Origin: Gammaproteobacteria bacterium
Lineage (GTDB): Bacteria; Pseudomonadota; Gammaproteobacteria; GCA-002705445; GCA-002716945
Assembly: GCA_038142325.1 (NCBI GenBank)
Contig: JAYQJW010000002.1
Location: forward strand, 619,328-683,327
Reading direction: 5' to 3'
DNA length: 64,000 nucleotides
The stretch's first letter is position 1, and the number at the start of each line of letters is the position of its first letter. The notes below the pieces were generated by a model. That model did no database searches. It was not told the origin of the DNA and was given only the letters and a program-made list of their open reading frames with translations. Below are positions 23,543-34,493 of this stretch, in pieces. The translations under genes and the position numbers were made by a program.

Positions 23543-23587
23543 ATACTTGACTATTATTGTAAGGTTTAAACTATATAATTCAAGTAT
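23543..23587. promoter_or_regulatory. candidate Rrf2/IscR-type operator upstream of the regulator
   Basis: ATACTTGA...TCAAGTAT inverted repeat; ATACTTGACT matches the IscR type-1 half site (ATASYYGACT). Confidence 0.55.
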
Positions 23588-23643
23588 AAAACTAGAATCG
23601 TTCTAAAATAATATCAATATAAAAATTATACTTATTTCATAAA

Positions 23644-23982
23644 TTATTGATTTATATAAGATTTCAACCAATAAAAAAATCTGAGGTTAATTTTAAATTT
23701 ATTCTTAAACGTAGTTTCAAATAGTCTATTTTCACTCAGAGATTTTACTTCAAGTAGCTTGGCGTCTTTATACATATAAAAAATAGTATGCGGCTTTATT
23801 GAGAACATATTTATTGATTCAGTCTGATTTCCAAATTCAAATTTGTGAAAAAGCTTGAATATTCTCGTGTGTTTATCATGATAAATATCATTAATAATCA
23901 ATTTTCTTTTATCTAATATACAAATGCTCTCTTGATTTGTCCTCGAAAAACAAGCAATTGAAGTTATAAAAATTTGACTCAT
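23644..23982 (-). CDS. hypothetical protein
   Basis: 112 aa ORF filling the intergenic space; no recognisable motif. Confidence 0.45.
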   Translation of the reverse strand: MSQIFITSIACFSRTNQESICILDKRKLIINDIYHDKHTRIFKLFHKFEFGNQTESINMFSIKPHTIFYMYKDAKLLEVKSLSENRLFETTFKNKFKINLRFFYWLKSYINQ

Positions 23983-24103
23983 AGATAGACATTAGATGAT
24001 TGAAGTTTATCAATCTAAACTTTTTAATCTTATCTTGTATATAATTACGATCCATGTTGTTAGGTATTCATTTCTTGTTATAATACACCCCAATATATTA
24101 TAT

Positions 24104-24322
24104 ATGTCGAAGAAAGAACAGATTGAAATGTCAGGGAAGGTTATTGAGACGTTGCCCAATACTATGTTTAGAGTTGAACTTGAGAATGGTCATGTAGTAA
24201 CTGCACATATTTCAGGAAAAATACGAAAACATTACATCAGGATATTGAGAGGCGACACTGTTATGGTTGCATTAACGCCTTATGATCTCACAAAAGGCAG
24301 AATTATATTCAGAGATAAATAA
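24104..24322 (+). CDS. infA: translation initiation factor IF-1
   Basis: [19 protein letters not shown]...AHISGK.R...YDLTKGRI. Confidence 0.97.
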   Translation: MSKKEQIEMSGKVIETLPNTMFRVELENGHVVTAHISGKIRKHYIRILRGDTVMVALTPYDLTKGRIIFRDK

Positions 24323-24326
24323 ATAG

Positions 24327-25643
24327 TTACATATTATTTATTACTGCATCCCCAAATCCGCTAGTTGAAACAAGCGTTGCTCCTGGAACTAACTTTGTAA
24401 TTTCTTCTTTTATGTCAATAGATGTGTTCTTGTCTTTGTTTTTAACTCTTATCAAACGTTTCCCTGCTCTTGCACGAGCTAAATCATAGGTTAATTGCTT
24501 GTTTCTGATTGCACCTTTGACTCCTTTTAAAACAAGATCAGCAGCCTCTGTCCATCCTAGATATCTAAGCATCATCTCACCGGACAGAATGATAGATCCA
24601 GGATTAACCCTATTTTTACCGGCAAATGGCTCAGCGGAGCCATGAGTAGCTTCAAAAACTGCACATCCATAGCCTATATTTCCTCCAGGTGCCATCCCGA
24701 TTCCTCCAACTTGAGCTGCAAGAGCATCAGATACGTAATCACCATTCAAATTTAATGTTGCAATAACATCATGTTGCTCAGGGGCTAAAATAATTTGCTG
24801 GAGGAAGTTATCTGCAATACAATCTTTAATAATTAATTGATTATTAAATTTATTATTTTCAATAAGATATGTACCATCTGTAAGTATTTTTCCATTATAC
24901 TCTTGCAGTACTACTTCATAAGCCCAATCCCTAAATGCACCTTCAGTGTATTTCATAATATTTCCTTTATGAACAATTGTGATGCTTGATTTGTTAAGCG
25001 CTAAAGAATAATCAATTGCCATTCTAACCAGTCTTTTTGTGCCTTCTTCTGATACTGGTTTGATGCCAATTCCGCAATTAGCCTCAAACCTAAAAGGTGA
25101 TATTCCTAATTCTTTGTTAATAAAATCTATTATTTTTTTTGCACCATCGGAATTAGGCATCCACTCTATTCCTGAATATAGATCTTCCGTGTTCTCTCTG
25201 AATACGACCATGTCAGTTAAACCTGACTCAGCCATTGGCGTACTTGTTCCTGGGAAATATTTAATGGGTCTGACACATGCAAATAAATCAAGAGTTTGGC
25301 GTATCACCACGTTGATAGATTTATGGCCTGTTCCAACTGGTGTTGTGAGAGGTCCTTTTATAGAGATTCGATACTCTTTCATAGCTGATAATGTTTCATC
25401 AGGCAATATTGAACCATATAAATCATTAGAATTAGAACCAGCAAATAATTCTAACCACTTGATTTCTCTCTTATTTTCATACGCTCTATTTACAGCATAA
25501 TCTAGAACTCTTTTCATCACAGGCGTTACATCAATACCTATGCCATCACCGATGATGTATGGGATTATTGGATTATCAGGCACGATGAGCTTTTCCCCAT
25601 CGTAACTAATTTTAGCTCCATCAGCAGGAATATTTAATTTCAA
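24327..25643 (-). CDS. icd: isocitrate dehydrogenase (homodimeric, E. coli type)
   Basis: GDGIG, KGPLTTPVG, FRENTEDLY, VHKGNIMKYTEG, NLNGDYVSDA, FEATHG. Confidence 0.95.
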   Translation of the reverse strand: MKLNIPADGAKISYDGEKLIVPDNPIIPYIIGDGIGIDVTPVMKRVLDYAVNRAYENKREIKWLELFAGSNSNDLYGSILPDETLSAMKEYRISIKGPLTTPVGTGHKSINVVIRQTLDLFACVRPIKYFPGTSTPMAESGLTDMVVFRENTEDLYSGIEWMPNSDGAKKIIDFINKELGISPFRFEANCGIGIKPVSEEGTKRLVRMAIDYSLALNKSSITIVHKGNIMKYTEGAFRDWAYEVVLQEYNGKILTDGTYLIENNKFNNQLIIKDCIADNFLQQIILAPEQHDVIATLNLNGDYVSDALAAQVGGIGMAPGGNIGYGCAVFEATHGSAEPFAGKNRVNPGSIILSGEMMLRYLGWTEAADLVLKGVKGAIRNKQLTYDLARARAGKRLIRVKNKDKNTSIDIKEEITKLVPGATLVSTSGFGDAVINNM

Positions 25644-25658
25644 ACGATAAGTCCTAAG

Positions 25659-26939
25659 CTATTTATCGAACTGCTCTTCTTCAGTACTACCTGTTAATGC
25701 TGTAACTGATGATGAGCCGCCAGTAATTACTTGAGTTACAGAATCAAAGTATCCTGTTCCTACCTCTCTTTGATGTTTAGTAGCGGTATATCCATCTTTC
25801 TCAGCAGCAAACTCTGCTTCTTGCAACTTAACATAGGCTGTCATCTGCTCTGCATTGTAGCCTTTTGATAACTCGAACATGCTATAGTTTAATGCATGGA
25901 ATCCGGCAAGGGTAATAAATTGAAACTTATAACCCATTGCCCCTAGCTCTTTTTGGAATTTAGCAATTTGCGCATCATCAAGATTCTTTTTCCAGTTAAA
26001 AGACGGCGAGCAGTTATATGCAAGCAGTTGTTCTGGATGCTCTTTTTTAAGTGCTTCAGCAAATTTTTTAGCAAAATCTAAATCAGGCACTCCTGTCTCA
26101 CACCACACTAAATCTGCATAAGGGGCATAAGCTAATCCTCTTGAGATTGCTTGATCAATACCATTTTTGACCCTATAAAAGCCCTCGGAGGTTCTCTCTC
26201 CGGTAGTAAATTCTCTATCTCTTTCATCTATATCGCTGGTTAAAAGATTTGCGGCCTCCGCATCAGTTCTGGCTAAAAGTACCGTTGGCGTATTATAAAT
26301 ATCAGCCGCTAATCTAGCTGCTGCTAATTTTTGAACTGCTTCTTGTGTAGGTACAAGCACCTTACCGCCCATGTGTCCACATTTTTTTGCAGAAGCTAGT
26401 TGATCTTCAAAATGCACACCTGCCGCACCTGCTTCAATCATTGCTTTCATTAACTCATGAGCATTAAGAACTCCGCCAAAGCCTGCTTCCGCGTCTGCAA
26501 CTATTGGTAACATATAGTCTACAGGTTCATTTCCTTCTGCTATGTTTAATTGATCTGCTCTTCGTAATGAGTTATTTATACGTTTTACAACCGCTGGAAC
26601 ACTATCTACGGGATACAGAGATTGATCTGGATACATTTGCATGCCTGTATTTGCATCACCCGCCACTTGCCATCCTGATAGATAAACAGCTCTTAGACCA
26701 GCCTTTGCCTGTTGCATTGCTTGGTTTCCTGTAAGTGCGCCAAGTGCATTTACAAAGTCGCTGTTGTTTATCTCGTTCCAGAGCTTTTCAGCACCCTGTT
26801 TGGCTAGACTATATTCAATTTCCACGCTACCGCTTAATTTAGCGACTTCTTCAGCTGTGTAATCACGTTTTACGTTTTTCCATCTTGGGTTCGAGTCCCA
26901 TTCTTTCTGTATATCTTTTGCAGATCTTACTTTGCTCAT
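25659..26939 (-). CDS. aceA: isocitrate lyase
   Basis: [11 protein letters not shown] signature, [18 protein letters not shown]. Confidence 0.98.
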   Translation of the reverse strand: MSKVRSAKDIQKEWDSNPRWKNVKRDYTAEEVAKLSGSVEIEYSLAKQGAEKLWNEINNSDFVNALGALTGNQAMQQAKAGLRAVYLSGWQVAGDANTGMQMYPDQSLYPVDSVPAVVKRINNSLRRADQLNIAEGNEPVDYMLPIVADAEAGFGGVLNAHELMKAMIEAGAAGVHFEDQLASAKKCGHMGGKVLVPTQEAVQKLAAARLAADIYNTPTVLLARTDAEAANLLTSDIDERDREFTTGERTSEGFYRVKNGIDQAISRGLAYAPYADLVWCETGVPDLDFAKKFAEALKKEHPEQLLAYNCSPSFNWKKNLDDAQIAKFQKELGAMGYKFQFITLAGFHALNYSMFELSKGYNAEQMTAYVKLQEAEFAAEKDGYTATKHQREVGTGYFDSVTQVITGGSSSVTALTGSTEEEQFDK

Positions 26940-27066
26940 TGTTACCTCATGGTCTAAAAAATAATTGGCTAGATGATACTACTTGTGAGATTAATTGACA
27001 AATTAAATAGCCCAATTATCATCATGATTTAAAAAAATATTTAATTAAAGAAATGTATAAGTCGAA

Positions 27067-28154
27067 ATGGTAGGTTCTAAAGGAAAAGTAGCACTGGGTA
27101 TGTCCGGAGGCATAGATTCATCCATATCAGCATATCTTTTATCAGAAGCTGGTTACGAGGTTGAAGGTTTTTTTATGAAGAACTGGGAAGAAGATGATGA
27201 CAATGGTTGTACCTCAAAAAAAGATTATGAAGATGCAATTAAAATATGTAACAAGTTGGGTATAAAACTTAATTTAGTCAATTTCTCAGATAAATATTGG
27301 ACTGATGTTTTTGAAAAATTTTTAGATGAACTAAAAAAAGGTTTCACTCCGAATCCAGATATCTTTTGCAATAAAGAAATTAAGTTCAAGCAGTATTATG
27401 ATTATGCAATGTCATTAGGTTTTGATTATATTGCTACTGGCCACTACGCTAAAAAATTGAATTTATCACAGCCACAGCTGCATATTCCAAAAGATAGAGT
27501 TAAGGATCAAACTTATTTCTTGTATACACTAAATAAAAAAGTATTAAATAATACAATCTTCCCATTAGAGGAAATAGAAAAAAATGAGGTAAAAAAAATT
27601 GAAAAAAAACTTAATTTTGGTTTAGAAAGAAAAAAAGAGAGTATGGGCATATGTTTTATAGGTAATAAAAAATTTACATCATTTATAGATAGATACATCA
27701 AACCAGAAGAAGGAAATATAGTTGACTATAAATCAAAAAAATTTTAGGAACTCATGAGGGGCTGAATAAGTATACTATTGGCCAAAGAAAAGGAATTAGG
27801 ATAGGAGGAATCAAAGATAAAGATGAACTTGCATGGTATGTCATTGATAAAAATATAGATGATAACATATTAATCGTGAGTCAAGACCAGGCTCCCCTTC
27901 TGTATTCTGGAGAGATAGAATTAAATGATTTTAATTTAATTAATAAAGATTATAAAAAGAATAATATTAGAGCAAGATTTAGACATGGAGGGCAACTTAG
28001 AGCATGTGATTTCAAAATTATTGATCAAAAATATATAATTAGACTTAAAGAATCTGAAAGAGCTATAGCTCCAGGTCAATCAGCTGTATTATATAATGAC
28101 ACACATTGCATTGGAGGCGGAATAATTACATCTAAATGTTTAAACAAGATCTAA
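27067..28154 (+). CDS. mnmA: tRNA 2-thiouridylase MnmA (frameshift near 27740)
   Basis: MSGGIDSS, TPNPDIFCN, ATGHYA, KDQTYFL, ESMGICFIG, PGQSAVLY. Confidence 0.95.
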
Positions 28155-28744
28155 AAAATGAAACTATTTCTCTTGGTGCAATATACCAAGCATGTAATGA
28201 AATTAAAAAAGTTGCCTGGCAAGGTGAAATCGATGCAAAATTAATTGAACCGCTTATATTTAGTGTTTATCAAACGACAGTGGATAATATTGAAGATATT
28301 TATATTAACTTAAGAAGAATAAATACTGGATTAGACTATTTAAGAAAACAACTTGTTGGAGATGCGTTTTCAAAAGATGCTGAAGTAATAAGATATTTTG
28401 AAGCTATTAGTATACTAGTTAAAAATTTATATAAAAATGAAAATACACTCTCTAAACTGAGATCTAGTTTGAATAATTTTAATGATACTGTTAATCAAGA
28501 TAACCTCAATGATCATGCTACTTATCTATCTGAACTATATTTAGATACTATTAGTAAAATAGAGCCAAGAATTATTGTCAATGGAGATAATAAATATTTG
28601 AAAGAGCCGCAAAACGCTGCAATGATCAGAGCATTGCTATTATCTGCAATACGATCCTACATACTATGGCAACAATCCGGTGGCTCTAAATTAAGATTAT
28701 TTCTTTTTAGAAAAAAAATAGCGCAATTAGCTGTTTCTATTTAA
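28136..28744 (+). CDS. hflD: high-frequency lysogenization protein HflD
   Basis: LYLDTIS..PRIIVNG, IRALLLSAIRS..LWQQSGG; follows mnmA. Confidence 0.9.
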   Translation: MFKQDLKNETISLGAIYQACNEIKKVAWQGEIDAKLIEPLIFSVYQTTVDNIEDIYINLRRINTGLDYLRKQLVGDAFSKDAEVIRYFEAISILVKNLYKNENTLSKLRSSLNNFNDTVNQDNLNDHATYLSELYLDTISKIEPRIIVNGDNKYLKEPQNAAMIRALLLSAIRSYILWQQSGGSKLRLFLFRKKIAQLAVSI

Positions 28745-31332
28745 TCAATTAGCTAATTTCTTCATTACATAGTTTAATATTCCATCACTCACAAAATATT
28801 CCCATTCTTTTGCAGTATCAATTCTAACTATAACTTCGAATATTTTATTAGAATCATTTTCTTGTATCTGAACAGTTTTAGAATCTTTGCTTATTGAGCT
28901 TATCGTGAATGATGACTTCATTGATAAACCAAGTGAATCAAAACTATCACCTTGAGCAAATTGCAAAGGCATGACGCCCATGCCCACAAGATTAGATCTA
29001 TGTATTCTCTCAAAGCTTTCAGCAATTACTGCTTTTACACCTAAAAGCTTTGTGCCTTTTGCAGCCCAGTCTCGTGAAGAACCGCAGCCATAATCTTTGC
29101 CAGCAAATATAATTAAATTAGTATTTGTTTTTTTATATTCCTCGGCGGCATCATAAATTGTCATCTCTTCATCATCAGGCAATAGTTTTGTAAAACCTCC
29201 TGTTTTTTCTGGGACTAATTTATTAGATAATCTTATATTTGCAAAGGTTCCTCTTTGCATAATTTTGTAATTACCTCTTCTAGAACCGTATGAATTAAAG
29301 TCTTTTACGTTTACTGAATTTTCTATAAGATGCTTGCCTGCTGGAGTGCTGTCTTTAAATGAACCAGCTGGCGATATGTGATCAGTGGTGACACTATCTC
29401 CCAAAATAACAAGAGGATATGCTAAATCTATTGCTGGTAGGGTATCTTGATTATCTTTTTCCTTTCCAAAAAATGGTGATGGCTGAATATAAGTTGATTT
29501 ATCATCCCAATCAAAATAATCTGAATCAGATGTAGGAATAAACTTCCAGTTATTATCACCATCGAACAAACTCGCATAGGAATCATTAAACATGTCTCCA
29601 TCAATTACCTTGTTTATTACATCATTAATTTCATTATTTGATGGCCATATATCCTTCAAATAGATATCTTTGCCATTTTGATCTTGTCCAAGAGGCGTTG
29701 TATTTATATCGACATTGATTTTACCAACTATTGAGTAGGCAACAACTAGCATTGGACTTGCAAGAAAATTCATTTTAATTTCTGGATGTATTCTTCCTTC
29801 GAAATTTCTATTTCCTGATAAAATAGAACTAACTACAAGATCTCTATCATTAATTTCCTTAACATACTTATCCTCTAAAGGTCCAGAGTTACCGATACAG
29901 GTTGTGCAACCATAACCAACTATATTAAACCCAAGTTTATCAAGAGATTCTTGAAGGTCTGCCTTTCTTAAATAGTTTTCAACAACTCTTGATCCTGGAG
30001 CCAAGGAAGTTTTAACCCAATCTTTTGTGGTTAATCCTTTTTCAACTGCATTTTTAGCTAATAACCCTGCACCAATAATTACGCTTGGGTTAGAAGTGTA
30101 TTTGTACAACTTGTAATTGCAGCAATTAAAATACTTCCATCATTAATTGAACCACTAGATACTTCAGATTTTTTAAGTTTTTTTATTTCCTTTTCTGAGA
30201 CAGCTTTTACATCTGATAGTAAAACTCGATCTTGTGGTCTTTTTGGTCCAGAGAGACATGCTTCAACTTTACTCATATCTAATGAGAGAGAATCTGTATA
30301 TTTGATATCATGCTGCTCATCTCTGAAAAAACCACATTTTTTACTGTATTCCTCGACAATCTGTAATTGGTTATCGTTTTTACCTGTCATTTTAAGATAA
30401 TCAATTGTTAGAGAATCTACTGGAAAGAAGCCGCATGTCGCACCATATTCAGGTGCCATATTAGAAATTGTACATCTGTCAGCAATGCTTAAGTTATCTA
30501 AACCGGATCCATAAAATTCAACAAATTTTCCAACAACATTTTTTTCTCTTAACATCTGAACTATGGTTAGAACAAGATCAGTTGCCGTTGTAGTCTGATT
30601 TAGCTTACCCGTTAATTCGAAACCAATAACTTCAGGTAATAGCATTGGAATTGGTTGTCCGAGCATAGCGGCTTCTGCTTCTATTCCACCAACCCCCCAT
30701 CCTAATACACCTAGGCCATTAACCATTGTGGTATGTGAATCGGTTCCAACAACGGTATCAGGATATAGACTTCCATCTTTTTCAAATACAACTTTAGCAA
30801 TATACTCAATATTAATTTGATGAATAATTCCGTTATTTGGTGGCACAATTCTCAAGTTTTTAAATGCCTGTTGGCCCCACTTTAAAAGTTTGTATCTTTC
30901 AGTATTTCTTTCATATTCTAGTTTAGTATTCAAGTCTTTAGAGTCTGATGATCCAAAGTGATCTACCATCACAGAATGATCTATGACCAAATCTGTTTGA
31001 CATTGTGGATTTACAGCATCTGTTTTTGATGCATCTAGAGATTTCATAGCATCTCTCATTGAAGCTAAATCTACTACAGCAGGTACACCTGTGAAGTCCT
31101 GCATGATAACTCTACTAGGATAAAATGTAATTTCAGTATCTTTATCTGCTTCTCCGTTCCAACTTATAAACTTTTCTATAATTGAATTAAAGTTAGAGTT
31201 GTCAGATTCATTTCTTAAATAATTCTCCATTAAAACTCTGAGAGAATAAGGTAAGTGATTGACTTCAAAGTTATTTATGTTGAATGTTTGATAAGTATTA
31301 TTATTTATAGAAAGTTCTGATTTTTCTGACAT
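28745..31332 (-). CDS. acnA: aconitate hydratase AcnA (frameshift near 30100)
   Basis: QDFTGVPAVVDLA, GTDSHT, AAITSCTN, GYGCTTCIGNSG, TTDHISPAG, GSSRDWAAKG. Confidence 0.96.
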
Positions 31333-31389
31333 TTATATTTCCTCTTTGACTAGAATTTGCAGTATTCTATCAAAAAAAAGAGTCTAATT

Positions 31390-31827
31390 CTATGAATTAC
31401 TTGGGAGGTAGTTTTTTTTTTGAACACTCTCGATATACATGCCTAGCGAATCTTTATTATTAGGGTTACTTTTTCTTACAACTACATCTTGTCCATCTTT
31501 TTTAAGACCATTATATTTTCTCAAAAACTTATTTAATTCAATACTTTTTTTAATACGATATAATCTTGGTTCTTGGTTTTGCTCTTTTATCAAAATCAAG
31601 ACACTATCTTGATTTGTATAAGTATTTAACACATAGAATTTATCAGGTAATTTATCTGTTGTCGCATAACCCTCATTATTTCTGATATTTTCATAAACCA
31701 GTATAAAAAGTACAGATATGCTTAGGGCAATGACTATTTTTGTGCCGTAAGGTCTGCCATTAAGAAAATTATGAATTAAAAAAATATAAAGAAATAATGT
31801 AATTATTAATAAAAAATATAACAGCAT
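31390..31827 (-). CDS. hypothetical membrane-anchored protein, third gene of the MotA/ExbB-like module
   Basis: two N-terminal TM helices, then a soluble domain (GYATTDKLP...EPRLYRI). Confidence 0.65.
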   Translation of the reverse strand: MLLYFLLIITLFLYIFLIHNFLNGRPYGTKIVIALSISVLFILVYENIRNNEGYATTDKLPDKFYVLNTYTNQDSVLILIKEQNQEPRLYRIKKSIELNKFLRKYNGLKKDGQDVVVRKSNPNNKDSLGMYIESVQKKNYLPSNS

Positions 31828-31829
31828 AA

Positions 31830-32436
31830 TTAAAATCCTTTGAGATTATATGGCGTTAAAACTTTTTTTGATTTACCTCCTGAGGAATACTCGCCTTTTT
31901 CATCTAAGTAGAATCTTGTGACAGTAACTTCTGTGTCTTTTTTTCTAAAATAATATTATTAGCATAGACTAGTTTTAAAGTTGGATTAACTTTTTCAATA
32001 ATAACTTTCACTTCTACAGGGTTGGTACTTTTATGCTCATAAAGATATAAATTCAGTATATATTCGCCAGGAATGATTCCTCTTAAGTAACGACTTCTCT
32101 ATTAATTGGATAAATAATTTCCTCACCATCAATTGTGACAACATCATTAATTATACCCTGATCGTCTCTATCTAAATGTAACCATCCAGCATCTTTTTTT
32201 AAGTATGAAACTGTTTCACCATTAGGATCCTGAACCCAAATATCAACATCATCGGGTAGACTATCTTTCCAGTCAACCGTCACAATATATTCAGCTTTCA
32301 TATTAACATTGCCTATTTTCGAGATAGGATTGATAAAAAGAATTGTTATAAAAAATAAAAAAGTAAAACCAAGCAGAGTATTAAAAAGTAAATCAGTGAA
32401 AGGTTCTGTTTTAGTTCTAGTTTTTCTTCTCATCAT
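31830..32436 (-). CDS. single-TM protein with MotB/ExbD-like Asp helix and an uncharacterised soluble domain (frameshifted)
   Basis: EPFTDLLFNTLLGF TM segment; VDW...DDVDIWVQDPNG, LDRDD, continuing in another frame RGIIPGEYILNLY. Confidence 0.7.
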
Positions 32437-33049
32437 GGCACGAATTTATTATTTCGCTAATGAAAGCATTAATTTTATTTTCAAAATAGTTATTTTGAAT
32501 GGTCAAAAGGATTGATCCTATTAAACCTGATAACGTTGTATATAAGGCTACTTTCATGCCGCCACTCATGCTCAATAAAAGATTATTCATTTTTGACAAA
32601 TTAATCTCATCTATAGTTGATAGTGAACTTAGCATTAATATGAATCCAATCACTGTACCTACAATACCTAGCTTTAATAAGAGATCAGAAATAAAAAAAC
32701 CATCGTCTACTATTTCATAAAATTTAGATTTAAGTTCATCTTGTTTTGTAATATCTTTACCTGAACTTTGAAGAAAATTATTGGTAATATCAAAAAAGAT
32801 ATTATTTTGTATTTTTGTATTAGGATGGATAAGTTTTCTAAATGCATCTCTAAGTATATATAGAAGTAAACCTCAACGCGCTAGATAAAATATAAAAATG
32901 ATAAGTATATGTGTGGAAATATAACTTATGTCATCACGAAATATACCTGAGATTAATTCATATGATTCAAGTACATAAGCAAAAATAATAATTATAGAAA
33001 CGAAGTAAATCCAGTAGATAAAAATATTATCTATTTTCTGATCATTCAT
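32417..33049 (-). CDS. MotA/TolQ/ExbB proton-channel family protein (5' part broken)
   Basis: LGIVGTVIGFILML and GMKVALYTTLSGLI TM motifs; ATG at 33049 abuts the fumC stop. Confidence 0.78.
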
Positions 33050-34430
33050 TTAAATTAATTTTTTAGGATCTAGAATTTTTAATAGATCACCCTTTGTTAA
33101 ATTAGTCATTTTTTCAGCTATGTCAAAAATAGAACTATTAGTTTTATAAGCCTCTTTAACAATTTTAGATGCTAGATCATACCCAATAACCTGATTAAGT
33201 TTTGTAGCTATGATCGGATTTTTAAACAGATTCTCTTTAACAATATCCTCATTAACAACAAATGAATCTATTAGTTCAATCATACTAAAAGTACTATTGA
33301 TCATAAGATAGAGGGATTCGATGATATTATGAGCAATCACCGGGAGCATAGTATTTAACTGAAAATTACCACTGCTTGTTGCTTGCATTATTGTTACATG
33401 GTTTCCATTTACCTGAGTAGATGCCATCATGACTGATTCAGAGATAACAGGGTTTATCTTACCAGGCATAATGCTACTGCCTGGTTGAAGTGCTTTTAAA
33501 GTTATTTCTGACAAACCGGATATAGGACCACTATTCATCCATCGTATATCATTAGCAATTTTAGATAAAGTAGATGCGTATCTTGTAATAGCAGAACTCA
33601 AAGTAAAATATATGATTTTGTGAACTCATCATTTCGCCTTTAATATGTAATGGTTTGAATTTGAGTTTAAGTTCACTGTAGATTTTATTTAACTCAGAAC
33701 AGACATTCTTGCTAAATTGTTTTGGTGCATTTATTCCTGTTCCAATTGCAGTTCCACCTATCGGAAGATAAGAGATTTCCTCACAAGATAAATCAATTTG
33801 TGACTGTGCTGCTCTTACCTGCTCTTCCCACACATTCAATTCTTGCTCAAAAGATATAGGTACAGCATCCATTAAATGCGTTCTTCCAGATTTAATAATG
33901 TTAGAGAGAGATTTTGATTTTTTATGTAATGAGTCACAAAGAAAATTCATAGATAAAGATAAGCTGTTGCTCATTGTCAAACTAGATATATTAATTGTTG
34001 TTGGAATTACATCATTAGAGCTTTGAGACATATTTACATCGTCATTTGGATGAATTTCCTTTTTATATTTTCTTTTAGCAAGATTTGATACAACCTCATT
34101 CATATTCATATTAGTACTAGTTCCTGACCCAGTTTGGAATATATCAACAGGAAAATGATCCATATAATCCAGAGTATTTTTAGCAATATCTTTTGTAATC
34201 AAGGATATGTTAGATGCTTTATTTTTTGGTATGACACCACATTTTAAATTCGCATTAGCACATGCGCTCTTAAGGTTAGCAAGACTTTGTATGAATGCAG
34301 GATCAAATGAGATACCGCTGATTTTAAAATTGTCTATTGCTCGTTGAGTTTGCGCGCCATATAAAGCATCTTTTGGCACCTTAACTTTACCTAGAGAGTC
34401 TGATTCGATTCTATAATTATTTTTTTTCAT
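33050..34430 (-). CDS. fumC: class II fumarate hydratase (frameshift near 33600)
   Basis: YGAQTQRA, FQTGSGTSTNMN, QSSND, GRTHLMDA, GSSIMPGKINP. Confidence 0.93.
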
Positions 34431-34493
34431 AGACTTGGTAAATATTATTAAGTGTAATGATATGTTATAATAACATTTAAAAACCTGTTTAGT

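Noticed and set aside
23996-24103. N-terminal extension of IF-1 (108 aa ORF)
   Set aside because: Homology begins at the ATG at 24104. The extension is an ORF-caller artefact, as are the extensions on hflK, hisZ and typA.
31390-33049. Zorya defence system or flagellar stator
   Set aside because: No long ZorA tail, no OmpA-like peptidoglycan-binding domain, and no ZorC/D/E or flagellar genes nearby. Kept as an uncharacterised module instead.
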